A stretch of 64,000 nucleotides of DNA from NCBI GenBank assembly GCA_963785725.1, contig CAWAWS010000016.1, positions 416,001-480,000 on the forward strand, in the 5' to 3' direction. The notes beneath the pieces are model-generated. The model worked only from the letters and a program-made list of their open reading frames with translations, was not told where the DNA came from and searched no databases. Every line of letters starts with the position of its first letter. The stretch's first letter is position 1. Made by a program: the position numbers and the translations under genes. This DNA comes from an uncultured delta proteobacterium. Its GTDB lineage: Bacteria; Myxococcota_A; Polyangia; Palsa-1104. Positions 54,383-64,000 of the stretch are shown piece by piece.

Positions 54383-57257
54383 CTAGCGTCGCGGCGACTT
54401 GCCGCTGCCGGCGCGGGCGACCTTGGCCGCCGCCGGCTTGCTCTTGGATTTGGGCTTGGCCAGCGCCGGCGTCGTCTCCTCCGGCTTGACCGTGGCGACG
54501 ATGGCGCGGCTGCGATCGAGGTACTTCTTGGCCACGCGCTGCACGTCGGCCGCGGTCACGCCCAAGATGCCGGGCGCGTAGCGGCGATATTCGTCCCAGC
54601 CGACGCCGTAGGCTTCGTGGAACGCCAGCGTCGACGCGAGCGCCGCCCGTCGCTGCAGCGAGATCTCGTGCGCGCCGACCAAGTAACGCTTGGCGCGCTC
54701 GAGCTCCGCTTTCGGCACCGGCACGGCGGCGATCTTGCCGAGCTCGTCCTCGATGCCCGAGACCGCGACCGGCAAATTCTCCGGCGACGTGGCGATATAG
54801 ACCGCGAAATAGCCGGGATCGACGCCTTCGACCGAGAACGCGCTGACGCGATAGGCGAGGCCACGCTTGTCGCGCAGCTCGACGAAGAGGCGACCACCCT
54901 GCCCCGACAAGATCGTCGACAGCACCTCGAGCGCGAAGCGATCGGGATCGGTGATCGTCGTGCCCGGAAAGCCGTAGACGACATGCGCTTGCTGCTTGTT
55001 CTGCGTCTTCCACAGCTGCTGCGCGACGACGGGATGGGCGTCGTCCCACGGCGGCGGCGGCGCCTCCGGCGTGGGCGCCGCGCGGCCCGGCAAGTCGAAC
55101 AGCGCGCGCGCTTTGGCCACGACCGCCTGCGGATCGACGTCGCCGACGATGGCCAGCGTCATCTGCGACGGCGCCATGTAGCGGCGGTAATAGTCGGCGA
55201 TGCGCCGCTTCGACAGCGCCGCCACCGACTCGGCCGTCCCGAGCACGTCGAGCCGATAGGGATGACGCGGATAGAGCGCCTGCTGAAACAGCCGGAACGC
55301 CTCCGACGAGACGTTGTCGGCTTGCGTGCGGATCTCTTCCAGCGCCTGCCGCCGCTCTTTCTCCACTTCGTCGTCGCTGAACGCGGGCGACAAGATGCAA
55401 TCGGCGAGCAGCTCGAGGCCGCGCTCCCAGTTGCGCGACAAGGTCTCGGCGCGCAGGCCGAACGAGTTGCGCCCCGAGAAGCCGCCGATGGAGCCGGCCA
55501 TGGCCTCGACTTCGTGCGCCAGCTCGTCGCCGCTCTGCGTGCGCGTGCCGCGGGTGATGAGCGCCGCGATCAAGTTGTTGACGCCGTTGGTGCGCGCGTC
55601 CTCGTAGCGCAGGCCGCCCATCCACACGGCGCGCATGGCCACCAGCTGCACCGACGGGTCGCGCTTGACGAGCAGGCGCGCGCCCGACGGCAGCGTCACG
55701 CGCACGACCTCGTCGCCGCCTTTGACGACCACCGGCGCCGCCGCGTAGCGCTTGGCCGCGCCGTCGTAAGCGCGCGGTCAGCTGCGTCACCAGCTGCGTC
55801 TCCAGCTTCGCCACCTCGGCCGGCTTGGCCGTCGGCACCATGACCGCGATCGTCGCGTTCTCGAGCGTCAAATACTTGCGCGCCACGGCTTTGAGCTGCG
55901 CCGGCGTCACCGCGCGCACCTGCCGCATGTACTCGTTCTCCCACGCCAACCCGCCGACGACGGTCTCGAAGAAGCCGAGCTTGCGCGCCTGCCCTTGCAC
56001 CGTCTCCTTCTGATAGATCGTGTCCGACTCGAGGATCGTCTTGGCCTTCGCCAGCTCCTCTTCGCTCGCGTCCTCGTGCAAGAAGCGGAAGGTCTCGCCC
56101 GCGATCGCCTCCATCGCCGTGTCCAGCTTGTCGGGCGGCATCGTCGCGCCCGCGACCATCAGGCCCGGATCGCGCGGCGTATACGCGTACGAATAGGCAT
56201 CGGTCACCAGCTGATCGCGGCGCTTGACCGAGCGGCTCAGCCGCGAGGAATCGCCCTGCCCGAGGATGATCGCCAGCAGATCGAGCGGCGCCGTGTCGTC
56301 GTCTTTGATGCCCGGGATGTGGAACGCGACGCTCAAGTAGGTCTCGCGAATGTCCGACGTCGTCACCTTTACGCGCGTCGACTTCTGCGCCGGCTCTTTG
56401 CGATCGAGGCGCGCCAGCGGCCGCGAGGCCATCTTGCCGAACTGCTCCTCGATGCGCGCCGCCGCCTTCTTGCAGTCGAAGTCGCCGACGACGACGAGCG
56501 TGATGTTGTTGGCGACATACCAGCGGTGAAAGAAGTCGAGCAGCCGATCGCGCGTGAAGGCCTTGACCGTCTTCGTGTAGCCGATGACCGGGCGACGATA
56601 GGGATGCTTGGCGAACGCCGTCCCGAACAGCGCCTGCGTGGCCACGCGCGACGGATTGTCCTCGCCCTGCTTCACCTCTTCGAGAACGACCTTGAGCTCC
56701 TTGTCGAGCTCCTCGGGATCGAACGACGAGTTCTGCAGCGCGTCGGCCAAGATATCGAGCCCGGTGTCGAAGAAGCGGCTCGCCAACACCAAGTGATAGA
56801 CGGTCTGATCGAACGACGTCCAGGCGTTGATCTCGCCGCCCGCCGCCTCGACCTCTTGCGCGATCTGCCCGACGCCGCGCCGCTCGGTGCCTTTGAACAG
56901 CATGTGCTCGAAGACGTGGGCCACGCCGGCCAGCTCGGGCGGCTCGTCGGCCGAGCCGACGGCGACCCAAGCCTGAAAAGCCACCACCTTGGCTGCGTGG
57001 TTCTCTTGCAAGACGACGGTGAGGCCGTTCGGGAGCTGGTAACGGGCGGAGCTCATGGGTTCGGGCGTTCTCCTGATCGGGTGTGATTCCGCGGCGACGA
57101 TCTTCGGTTGCGACGTCACCGGTGCGACGGGCTTTGGCGGCCTGACGTCGGCGTGGCAGCCGGCCAAACTGACCGCTGCCAGGAAGCCGACGACGACTTC
57201 AACAGCTAAACCAAAGTTTCCAACTTCGACTTCTAAAGATACGTCCGATGATCGCAC
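54383..57257 (-). CDS. M16 (pitrilysin-family) zinc peptidase; frameshift near 55772; start uncertain (57257 or 57056)
   Basis: GVAHVFEHMLFKGT (HxxEH), INAWTSFD, RLFVELRDKRGLAY; possible SLAGC lipobox. Confidence 0.92.
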
Positions 57258-57392
57258 GGCGCCAAGTGGGCACCGTAGGAGTCGGTCGTCTCTTCTGTCA
57301 AGCCGAGCCGTCGTGGTGCGATCCGTTTGCGCAACGGCTGGCAAGCCGTGGTAAGCTTTGGCCCGCGCAAGAGATTTGCGCACCCCGAGCCG

Positions 57393-60300
57393 ATGTCAGC
57401 GCCTGCCGCCAATCCGATTGACGAGCTGTTGAAGAAGGCTACCAAGGCGCGCGGCGGTCCCGCGGCCGATGCGCTGCGCAAAGCGGCCGTGTTGACGCGC
57501 GAGCGCGGCGACTTGTGGGCCGCCGCCGAGCTGTATGCGCGCGCCATCGCCGAGGCCGAAACCGGTCCGGCCGAGCCGCGCTTGCGGGCGGGCATCGAGC
57601 TCGAGCTGGGCGCGCTCTACGAGAACGAGCTCGGCCGCATCGATCAGGCGATGACCCATTATCAGCGCGCCTTCAAGATCGATCCCGACAACGCGCAGGC
57701 GATCGAGGCCGGCCGGCGGATCTATCGCACGCTCGGCGATTGGCCGATGGTGGCGCGGCTGTACGAAGTCGAGCTGGAGACGACGTCGAGCCGCGAGCAG
57801 CGCGGCAACCTGCTCGTCGCGCTCGGGCGCACGTTGGCCGAGCGGCTGCGCGACTTCGGGCAGGCGGCGGTGCGGCTGGAAGAGGCGGTGCGCTTGCGGC
57901 CGCAAGACGAGACGGCCAAGGAGGCGCTGGCGGCGCTCTACGTCGCGCCCGATTTCCCCAACGCCGGCGACGACGAGGCGCAGCTCGGCCGCGCGGCGCA
58001 GCTGTTCCTCGAGCTCGCCGACACGCGCGCCAGCAAAGGCGACGTCGACGGCCAGCTGGCCTATCTGCGCCGCGCGCTCGGCGCCGACCCGTATCACGTC
58101 GAGGCGGCGACACGGCTCGAGAACGTCTTCATCAAGGGTAAGCGCACCGACGATTTGCGCCGCTTTTACCGGCAAGGCGCGCAGGTGCCGCGGCGCGCGC
58201 TCAAGCTGGCCGAGCTGTCGATCGACTCGGGCGATGCCGACGAGGCGATGATCGCGCTGGCCGAGGCCATCGACGAAGGCGACGACACCGGCCTCGTCGT
58301 CGAGCGGCTGGAAGAGCTGCTGACGCACGACAAGCGCTGGGCGCAGATTGCCGAGCTGCGCGAGCGCATGCTCGGCGACCTGCACGGCCGCGATCGCGCC
58401 GATCTGCTGGTCGACATCGCCGGCCATTGGCAGCGCGCGCAGAACACCGAGCGCTACGAAGCGTCGCTGCTCGAGGCGTTGGCGGCCGATCCGGTGCATC
58501 CCGACGCCTATCAGCTGCTGTCGGAGCATCTGAACGGCAAGCGCGACTACGCGACGCTCGTCGGCATCGCCGAGCAGGCTGTCGAAGGCGCGCCGCTGGC
58601 CGATCAGCCGCGCCGACTGGCCGAGCTGGCCGACCTGTACGAGAAGAAGCTGGGCGACGTGGCCATGGCGACCGATGCCTGGCGTCGCGCCGAGGCGCTG
58701 GCGCCGTCGCCCAAAGGCGCGACCGAGCTCAAGCGGCTCATGCAGAAGCAGGATCGCTGGGCCTCGATGACGGCGTCGCTCGAGAAGGAGCTGGAAGCGA
58801 CGCGCGATCGCGATGCGCGCGCCGAGCTCTTGAAGCGCCTCGGCCAAGTTCAGCGCGAGCGTCACGACCTCGGCGAGGCGCGGCGCTTGTGGAACGACGC
58901 GCTCGACTTGAAGCCGCAGGACGCGTCGATCTATCGCTCGCTGGCGGAGCTGTCGGAGCGCGAAGGCAACCAAGCCGAAGTGGCCGAGACGCTGCGCAAA
59001 CAGCTGCGCGCGGCCAAAGAGAAGGTCGAGAAGCTCAACCTGCTGCGTCGCCTGGCCGGCCTGTACGCCGAGCGGCTGCAGGATCTCGAAGGCGTCGAGT
59101 GGGCCTGCCTGGAGATTTTGGAGCAGCTGCCGGGCGATCGCGACGCCTTGCGCCGGCTCGAGTCGGCCTACGAGCAGGCGGGCGAAGCGGCCGAGCCGCG
59201 GCTCATCGAAATCCTGGAGACGCACGCGCAAGCGGCGGCGACGCCGGCGGAGAAAGTGCCGCTCTTGCATCGGCTGGCGGCGCTCTACGACAAGCAAGGC
59301 GACGCCGGACAAGCGGCCGATCGGCTCGAGCGCGTCGTCCGGCTCGACAAGAATGACGGCAAGGCGCAGGAGACGCTGGCGCGGCTCTACGCGCAGCTCG
59401 AGCGCTGGCCGGACGCGGCGATGGCGTCGGAGCGCGCGCTGCAAAAGGCGGCCGGCGACGTCGAGGCGTGGAAGCGCTACGCCCGCATCGTCGACGGTAA
59501 ATTGGGCGACGCCGTGCGCGCGGGCAAGGCCTGGCGCGAAGTGCTCGAGCGCCGCCCGACCGATCGCGAAGCGCTGGAGGCGCTCGGCAAGCTGGCGCGC
59601 GCGCGCGGCGATTGGACGCTGCTCGACGACGTCCTGCAGCGCCGGCAGCAGCACGCCGACGGCGACGCGGCCGTGGAAGTGGCCCTCGAGCGCGCGCAGC
59701 TGGCCGAGGAGCGGCTGAAGAATCCGGCGGGCGCCATCGAGATCCTGCGCCATTTGCTGGCCGAGATCGCGCCGCGCAACTTGGACGCGCACGCGCGTCT
59801 GCGACACTTGCTGCAGCAGTCGGGCGACGTCGACGGCGCGCTGCGCATCGCCGAGCGCGAGCTGTTCCTGAGCGACGATCCGGATCGCCGCCTGCACGCC
59901 GCCGTCGACATCGCGCGCGCCTGGCAGAAGCGCGATCCCAAGCGCGCCGTCGCCGCCTGGCGGCGCGTGGCCGAGCTGTCGCCGACGCATCGCGAGGCGC
60001 TGGAGGCCTTGGCGGCCTTGCTCGCGCAGCTCGGCGACTGGGAAGCGCTGATCGACGTCGATGAGCGCCGGTTGGCGCTCGCCGAGGGTCACGCCAACCA
60101 CGAAGCGGCGGCGATCCTCGTCGCCTTGGCGACGACGGCCGAGGAGCGGCTCGGCGATCCCGAGCGCGCGTTCGGCTACTACCGTCGCGCCCACGAGCTG
60201 ACGCCGAACGAGCGCACGATGACGCAGCTGCAGCGCGTCGCCGAGCAGCACGGCTTGTGGGAGCCGCTGTGCGCGGTTTACGCGACGCAGCCGGGCTTGC

Positions 60301-63300
60301 CGTCGCGACTGGCCGTGGCCGAGATCGCGGCCGAGAAGCTGCACGATCCCAAGCGCGCGTTCGGCGTCGTGCGCGGCGCGCTCGATCTCGATCCGACGGG
60401 CGAGAAGCTGCTGCCGGAGCTGGAGCGGCTGAGCGTGCGCGCCGCCGATCCCGACGGACTGCTCGAGGTCTACGAGCAGCTGTTGCCGCGCGCGTCGACG
60501 GCGAACAAGCTCGACCTCTTGCGCCGGCGCGCCAACGTGCGCGAGCAGCGGCAGAAGAACCCGTCGGGCGCGCTCGACGAGCTGGTGCGCGCGTTCCCCT
60601 ATGCGCCCGACGACGCGCCGCTGTTGGCCGAGATTCGCCGGCTGGCCGAGGTCACGCGCCGCTGGGATGACGCGCTCGCCGTCGAGGGTTACCGCTTTCA
60701 CCGCGCCCCCGAGAGCGAGAAGCTGGCCATCGCCTGTGACGCGGCGGCGATCGTCGAAGAGAAGGTCAAAGATCCGCTGCGCGCGTTCCGGGCCTATTTG
60801 CGCGCGTTCCAGCTGGCCGGCGGGCGCAACGACGACGTCATTCGCGGCCATCTGTGGCGCCTGGCGGCGATCGTGGGCGAGATTCGCCGCGAGCCGACTG
60901 CGCTGACGGCCTTGCGCGCCCCGCCGCCGCCGACGCCGAACGGCAATGGGAACGGCTTCGTCGTCGCGTCCTCCAAGCCGCCGCGCGAGCCGACGCTGGA
61001 AGTGGCGCTCGACGAGGTGATGTTCGACGAGTCCAAGCCGATTCCGCTCATGCCGCGGGATCCGACGATGGAGCTGTCGATCAACGATTTGGTGGCGATC
61101 GCGCGGCCGAATCCGCCGCCGCAAAAGGCGCCCTCGAAGCAGCCGCCGACGATGGAGCTGTCGCTGTCGGACGTGGCGGTGGTTGCGCGCGGTGGCCGCA
61201 AGAAGGCGCCGCCGCCGTCGCCGATGCCGCCGCCGACGACGCGGCCGCTGCAAGGCGTGCACAGCGCGTGGGACGAGCTGGCGCTGGTGCAGCTCTCGCT
61301 GCCGGCGGAGGATGAGGCCGAGCAGTTCCGGCATATCTTGGCGGTCAGCGAGATGTGGGAGCGCGGCGCCGGCGATCTGCCGCGCGCGTTCGAGGCGCTG
61401 GCGGGCGCGTTCAAGCTCGATCCCGATCGGCAGGAGGCGCGCGTCGCGCTCGATCAGCTGGCGGCGCGGCACGACGCCTGGAATCAGCTCGTCGCCGTGC
61501 TCGACGAGGCGCTGGCCGACACCGGCAATCCGCAGCTGGCGGTGCGGCTCATCATCGATTCCGCGCACGTGCGCGAGCGGCAAGGCGAGCTCAGCGACGC
61601 CGAGGAGCGCTATCACCGCGCGCTCGGCATGCGCCCCGACGACGAAGAGGCGTTGACGCGCCTGGAGGCCGTTTATCGGCAGTCGCGGCGCTGGAAGGAG
61701 CTGGCGACGCTGCTCGAGCGGCGCCTGCACGGCCTCATGGAGCGCATGCCGCCGGGCGAGCCGCGTCGTCTGCGCGCGCTCGAGTTGGCCGACGTCTACG
61801 AGCGCATGGGCTCGAGCTACGAAGCCATCGACGGCTGGACCCACGTGGCGCGCGAATATCCCGACCACGCGCCGGCGTTCGGCAACTTGGCGCGCCTCTA
61901 CGAGAGCGTCGGCCAGTGGTCGAAGGTCATCGAGTCGTTGACGCGCGAGCTCGACATCGTCGACGGCGACGGCAAGGCGGGACAGGCGCGGGCGCGGCAG
62001 ATTCGCAAGCGCATCGGCGAGATCTTCGAGCGCGAATTGGAGCTGCCCGATCGCGCCATCGAAGCCTACGGCGCCGTGCACGACGCCGATCCGGCCGACG
62101 ACGAGGCGACGGCGGCGCTCGAGCGGCTCTACGAGAAGCTCAACCGCTGGAGCGACCTGGAAGCGCTCTTGCGGCGGAAGAGTGACCGGCTCGACAAGGA
62201 GTCGCGCGTCGCCGTCTTGGAGCGTCGCGCGCAGCTGTTGACCGAGAAGATCGGCGATCACGCGGGCGCGGCGGCGGTCTTGCGCACCTTACGCAAGCAG
62301 CGGCCCGAAGACGATGAGCTGGCGCAGCGGCTCGAGCGCGCGCTCGGTCGCGCCGGCCGCATCGACGAGCAGGCCGAAGTCTTGCGCACGCGCATTCGCG
62401 CCGCCAAGCGCGCCGATCGCCCGCGCGCGGAGCTGGCCCGGCTGCACGTCGAGCTGGCGCTGCTCGAAGTGGCGCTCAGCGACGCGACGTCGGCCGAGCG
62501 CACGCTGGAGAAGGCGCTCGAATTATTGCCCGAGGATCCGGGTGCGCTGGCCGAGCTGGCCAAGCTGCGGCAAGGCGGCGCCGATTGGGACGGCTACGCG
62601 GCGGCGCGCGAGCGTGAAGCGGCGGTCGCGGCGTCGCCCGAGCAAGCGGTGACGGCGCTTGTCGACGCGGCGCGCGTGCACATGGAGCGCCGCAAGGACG
62701 ACGCGGCCGCCAAACGCGCGCTGGAGAAGGCGCTCGAGCGCGATCCTCAGTCGATCGAAGCGATCGCGCTCTTCGGCTCGTTGGCGCGCCGGCTCCTCGA
62801 CGACGACCTGGCCGACGAGTTGGCCCTGCGCGAGCTCGGCATGACCGACGAGCACGCGCCGACCGCCGCGCGCCGCGCCGAATTGCTGGCGGGACTGGGC
62901 GCGGCGGCGTTGCGTCGCGGCGAGCAGCAAGAGGCGGCCAGCCGCTTCCGCGAGGCGATCTCGTCGTCACCCGGCTATCCGCCGGCGATTCAGGGTTTGG
63001 CCGATCTGGCGGCACAATCGGGCGCGTGGGACGAAGTCGAAGCGCTGCTCCTCGACGCCGCCGTGCGCGACGGCGTGCCGCCGCAAGTGGCCGCGCAGTT
63101 TCATCGCCGCCTCGCCGACGCCGCCGATCAACAGGGCCGCTTCGACGACGCCTATCAGGCGCTCTTGGAAGCCGATCGCCTGACGCCGGGCGATCTGCAT
63201 ACGCGCCTCTTGTTGGGCGAGAATCGTTATCGCGCGCATCGTTATCGTGAGGCCGCGCAATATCTGGCCGCCGTCGCCGACCATCCCGACGCCGAGCGGC

Positions 63301-64000
63301 TGCCCGAAGAGGCGGCCGAGGCGGTCTATCACGGCGCCCTGGCGGAGCTGAAGCTGCGTCGGCCGGAGCGCGCGCTGCCGCTCTTGGAGGCGGCGGTCCG
63401 CATTCATCCGCAGCATTCGAACGCGCTCGGGCTCTTGGCCGAACGCGCGCTCGAGGACGGCGACCTCAACCGCGGCCTCGAGCTGCTCGAACTGCAAGCG
63501 GCGGCGACGCGCGATCCGGTCGAGCGCGCGACCCGCTTCGAGCGCGTCGCCGACGCGGTCTTGGCCGAGCTCAACGACACCGAGCGCGCCGGCCGCGCGT
63601 ACGAGCAGGCGGTGGGCTCGGCGGGCGAAGCGGCGTCGTTGGCGCTGCTCGACAAGTCGCTGCACCTGCAGCGCGCGCGCGGCGACATCGAAGCCGCGGC
63701 GGCGACGGCCACGCGGCTGCTCGCGCGCGACGGCACGCCGGTCGAGCGCGCCAAGCGGCTGCGCGAAGCGGCCGCGCTCGACGCCGCCTTGGGCAAGAAG
63801 GATCAAGCGCGCGATCGACTGCAGCAGGCGCTGGAGCTCGATCCGCTGGAGCACGAGACGCTGGCCGGCCTGTCGGCGATGCTGGTGCAGGACGGTCGCG
63901 ACGAAGAGGCGGCGCAGCTGTTGACGCGCGCCCTGCCGCTCTTGCCGCCGGCGACGCCGGCGCTGCGTGCGGCGCGCGCGGCCTTGTGGATGCGCCTCGG
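57393..64000 (+). CDS. Giant TPR-repeat protein, 3'-partial (>2200 aa; not in the ORF track)
   Basis: ATG 57393 (MSAPAANPIDELLKK) and the same frame at the window end (ALRAARAALWMRL); repeated DP.D.EAL.ALE.LY-type units; I did not check every codon for stops. Confidence 0.88.
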   Translation, partial: MSAPAANPIDELLKKATKARGGPAADALRKAAVLTRERGDLWAAAELYARAIAEAETGPAEPRLRAGIELELGALYENELGRIDQAMTHYQRAFKIDPDNAQAIEAGRRIYRTLGDWPMVARLYEVELETTSSREQRGNLLVALGRTLAERLRDFGQAAVRLEEAVRLRPQDETAKEALAALYVAPDFPNAGDDEAQLGRAAQLFLELADTRASKGDVDGQLAYLRRALGADPYHVEAATRLENVFIKGKRTDDLRRFYRQGAQVPRRALKLAELSIDSGDADEAMIALAEAIDEGDDTGLVVERLEELLTHDKRWAQIAELRERMLGDLHGRDRADLLVDIAGHWQRAQNTERYEASLLEALAADPVHPDAYQLLSEHLNGKRDYATLVGIAEQAVEGAPLADQPRRLAELADLYEKKLGDVAMATDAWRRAEALAPSPKGATELKRLMQKQDRWASMTASLEKELEATRDRDARAELLKRLGQVQRERHDLGEARRLWNDALDLKPQDASIYRSLAELSEREGNQAEVAETLRKQLRAAKEKVEKLNLLRRLAGLYAERLQDLEGVEWACLEILEQLPGDRDALRRLESAYEQAGEAAEPRLIEILETHAQAAATPAEKVPLLHRLAALYDKQGDAGQAADRLERVVRLDKNDGKAQETLARLYAQLERWPDAAMASERALQKAAGDVEAWKRYARIVDGKLGDAVRAGKAWREVLERRPTDREALEALGKLARARGDWTLLDDVLQRRQQHADGDAAVEVALERAQLAEERLKNPAGAIEILRHLLAEIAPRNLDAHARLRHLLQQSGDVDGALRIAERELFLSDDPDRRLHAAVDIARAWQKRDPKRAVAAWRRVAELSPTHREALEALAALLAQLGDWEALIDVDERRLALAEGHANHEAAAILVALATTAEERLGDPERAFGYYRRAHELTPNERTMTQLQRVAEQHGLWEPLCAVYATQPGLPSRLAVAEIAAEKLHDPKRAFGVVRGALDLDPTGEKLLPELERLSVRAADPDGLLEVYEQLLPRASTANKLDLLRRRANVREQRQKNPSGALDELVRAFPYAPDDAPLLAEIRRLAEVTRRWDDALAVEGYRFHRAPESEKLAIACDAAAIVEEKVKDPLRAFRAYLRAFQLAGGRNDDVIRGHLWRLAAIVGEIRREPTALTALRAPPPPTPNGNGNGFVVASSKPPREPTLEVALDEVMFDESKPIPLMPRDPTMELSINDLVAIARPNPPPQKAPSKQPPTMELSLSDVAVVARGGRKKAPPPSPMPPPTTRPLQGVHSAWDELALVQLSLPAEDEAEQFRHILAVSEMWERGAGDLPRAFEALAGAFKLDPDRQEARVALDQLAARHDAWNQLVAVLDEALADTGNPQLAVRLIIDSAHVRERQGELSDAEERYHRALGMRPDDEEALTRLEAVYRQSRRWKELATLLERRLHGLMERMPPGEPRRLRALELADVYERMGSSYEAIDGWTHVAREYPDHAPAFGNLARLYESVGQWSKVIESLTRELDIVDGDGKAGQARARQIRKRIGEIFERELELPDRAIEAYGAVHDADPADDEATAALERLYEKLNRWSDLEALLRRKSDRLDKESRVAVLERRAQLLTEKIGDHAGAAAVLRTLRKQRPEDDELAQRLERALGRAGRIDEQAEVLRTRIRAAKRADRPRAELARLHVELALLEVALSDATSAERTLEKALELLPEDPGALAELAKLRQGGADWDGYAAAREREAAVAASPEQAVTALVDAARVHMERRKDDAAAKRALEKALERDPQSIEAIALFGSLARRLLDDDLADELALRELGMTDEHAPTAARRAELLAGLGAAALRRGEQQEAASRFREAISSSPGYPPAIQGLADLAAQSGAWDEVEALLLDAAVRDGVPPQVAAQFHRRLADAADQQGRFDDAYQALLEADRLTPGDLHTRLLLGENRYRAHRYREAAQYLAAVADHPDAERLPEEAAEAVYHGALAELKLRRPERALPLLEAAVRIHPQHSNALGLLAERALEDGDLNRGLELLELQAAATRDPVERATRFERVADAVLAELNDTERAGRAYEQAVGSAGEAASLALLDKSLHLQRARGDIEAAAATATRLLARDGTPVERAKRLREAAALDAALGKKDQARDRLQQALELDPLEHETLAGLSAMLVQDGRDEEAAQLLTRALPLLPPATPALRAARAALWMRL

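Noticed and set aside
57396..62261. 1621-aa minus-strand ORF and other long antisense ORFs (e.g. 8625-11462, 11719-14544)
   Set aside because: Shadow frames of real high-GC genes with no motifs of their own

Overview
A high-GC (roughly 70% by eye), gene-dense chromosomal segment. The content points to a myxobacterium (Myxococcota, probably Polyangia; inference): four Hanks-type Ser/Thr kinases, FHA, PilZ and TPR proteins, a MYXO-CTERM-like sorting signal, Cys-rich lipoproteins, and an ftsB-like gene coupled to a TM-GAF-GAF-GGDEF cyclase. Housekeeping genes include gltB-gltD, a thiolase/3-hydroxyacyl-CoA dehydrogenase pair, gloA, a PduO-type adenosyltransferase, PIN-PhoH, an M16 peptidase, a two-component pair and tRNA-Ala(GGC). 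A >2200-codon TPR gene runs off the right end and is absent from the ORF track. I found no CRISPR array, prophage, transposase or recognisable defence system. Nine frameshifts in eight otherwise intact genes look like assembly indels. The most notable observations are: (1) a TANNNT -10 hexamer 6-9 nt before the start codon of about a dozen genes, suggesting pervasive leaderless transcription; (2) a receptor-like kinase with an extracellular LIV-type solute-binding domain beside gltBD, plus a head-to-head pair of paralogous kinases; (3) a recurring D-[ML]-[AST] motif in linkers of four unrelated exported proteins; (4) a putative sigma54-driven operon of a CX3CH lipoprotein and an SH3/beta-barrel protein; (5) an orphan ParA with a Cys-rich N-terminal domain and a ribbon-helix-helix-like partner; (6) a Zn-ribbon/Tudor-like/histone-H1-like protein. 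All calls come from reading motifs by eye; no searches were run, so novelty is unverified.
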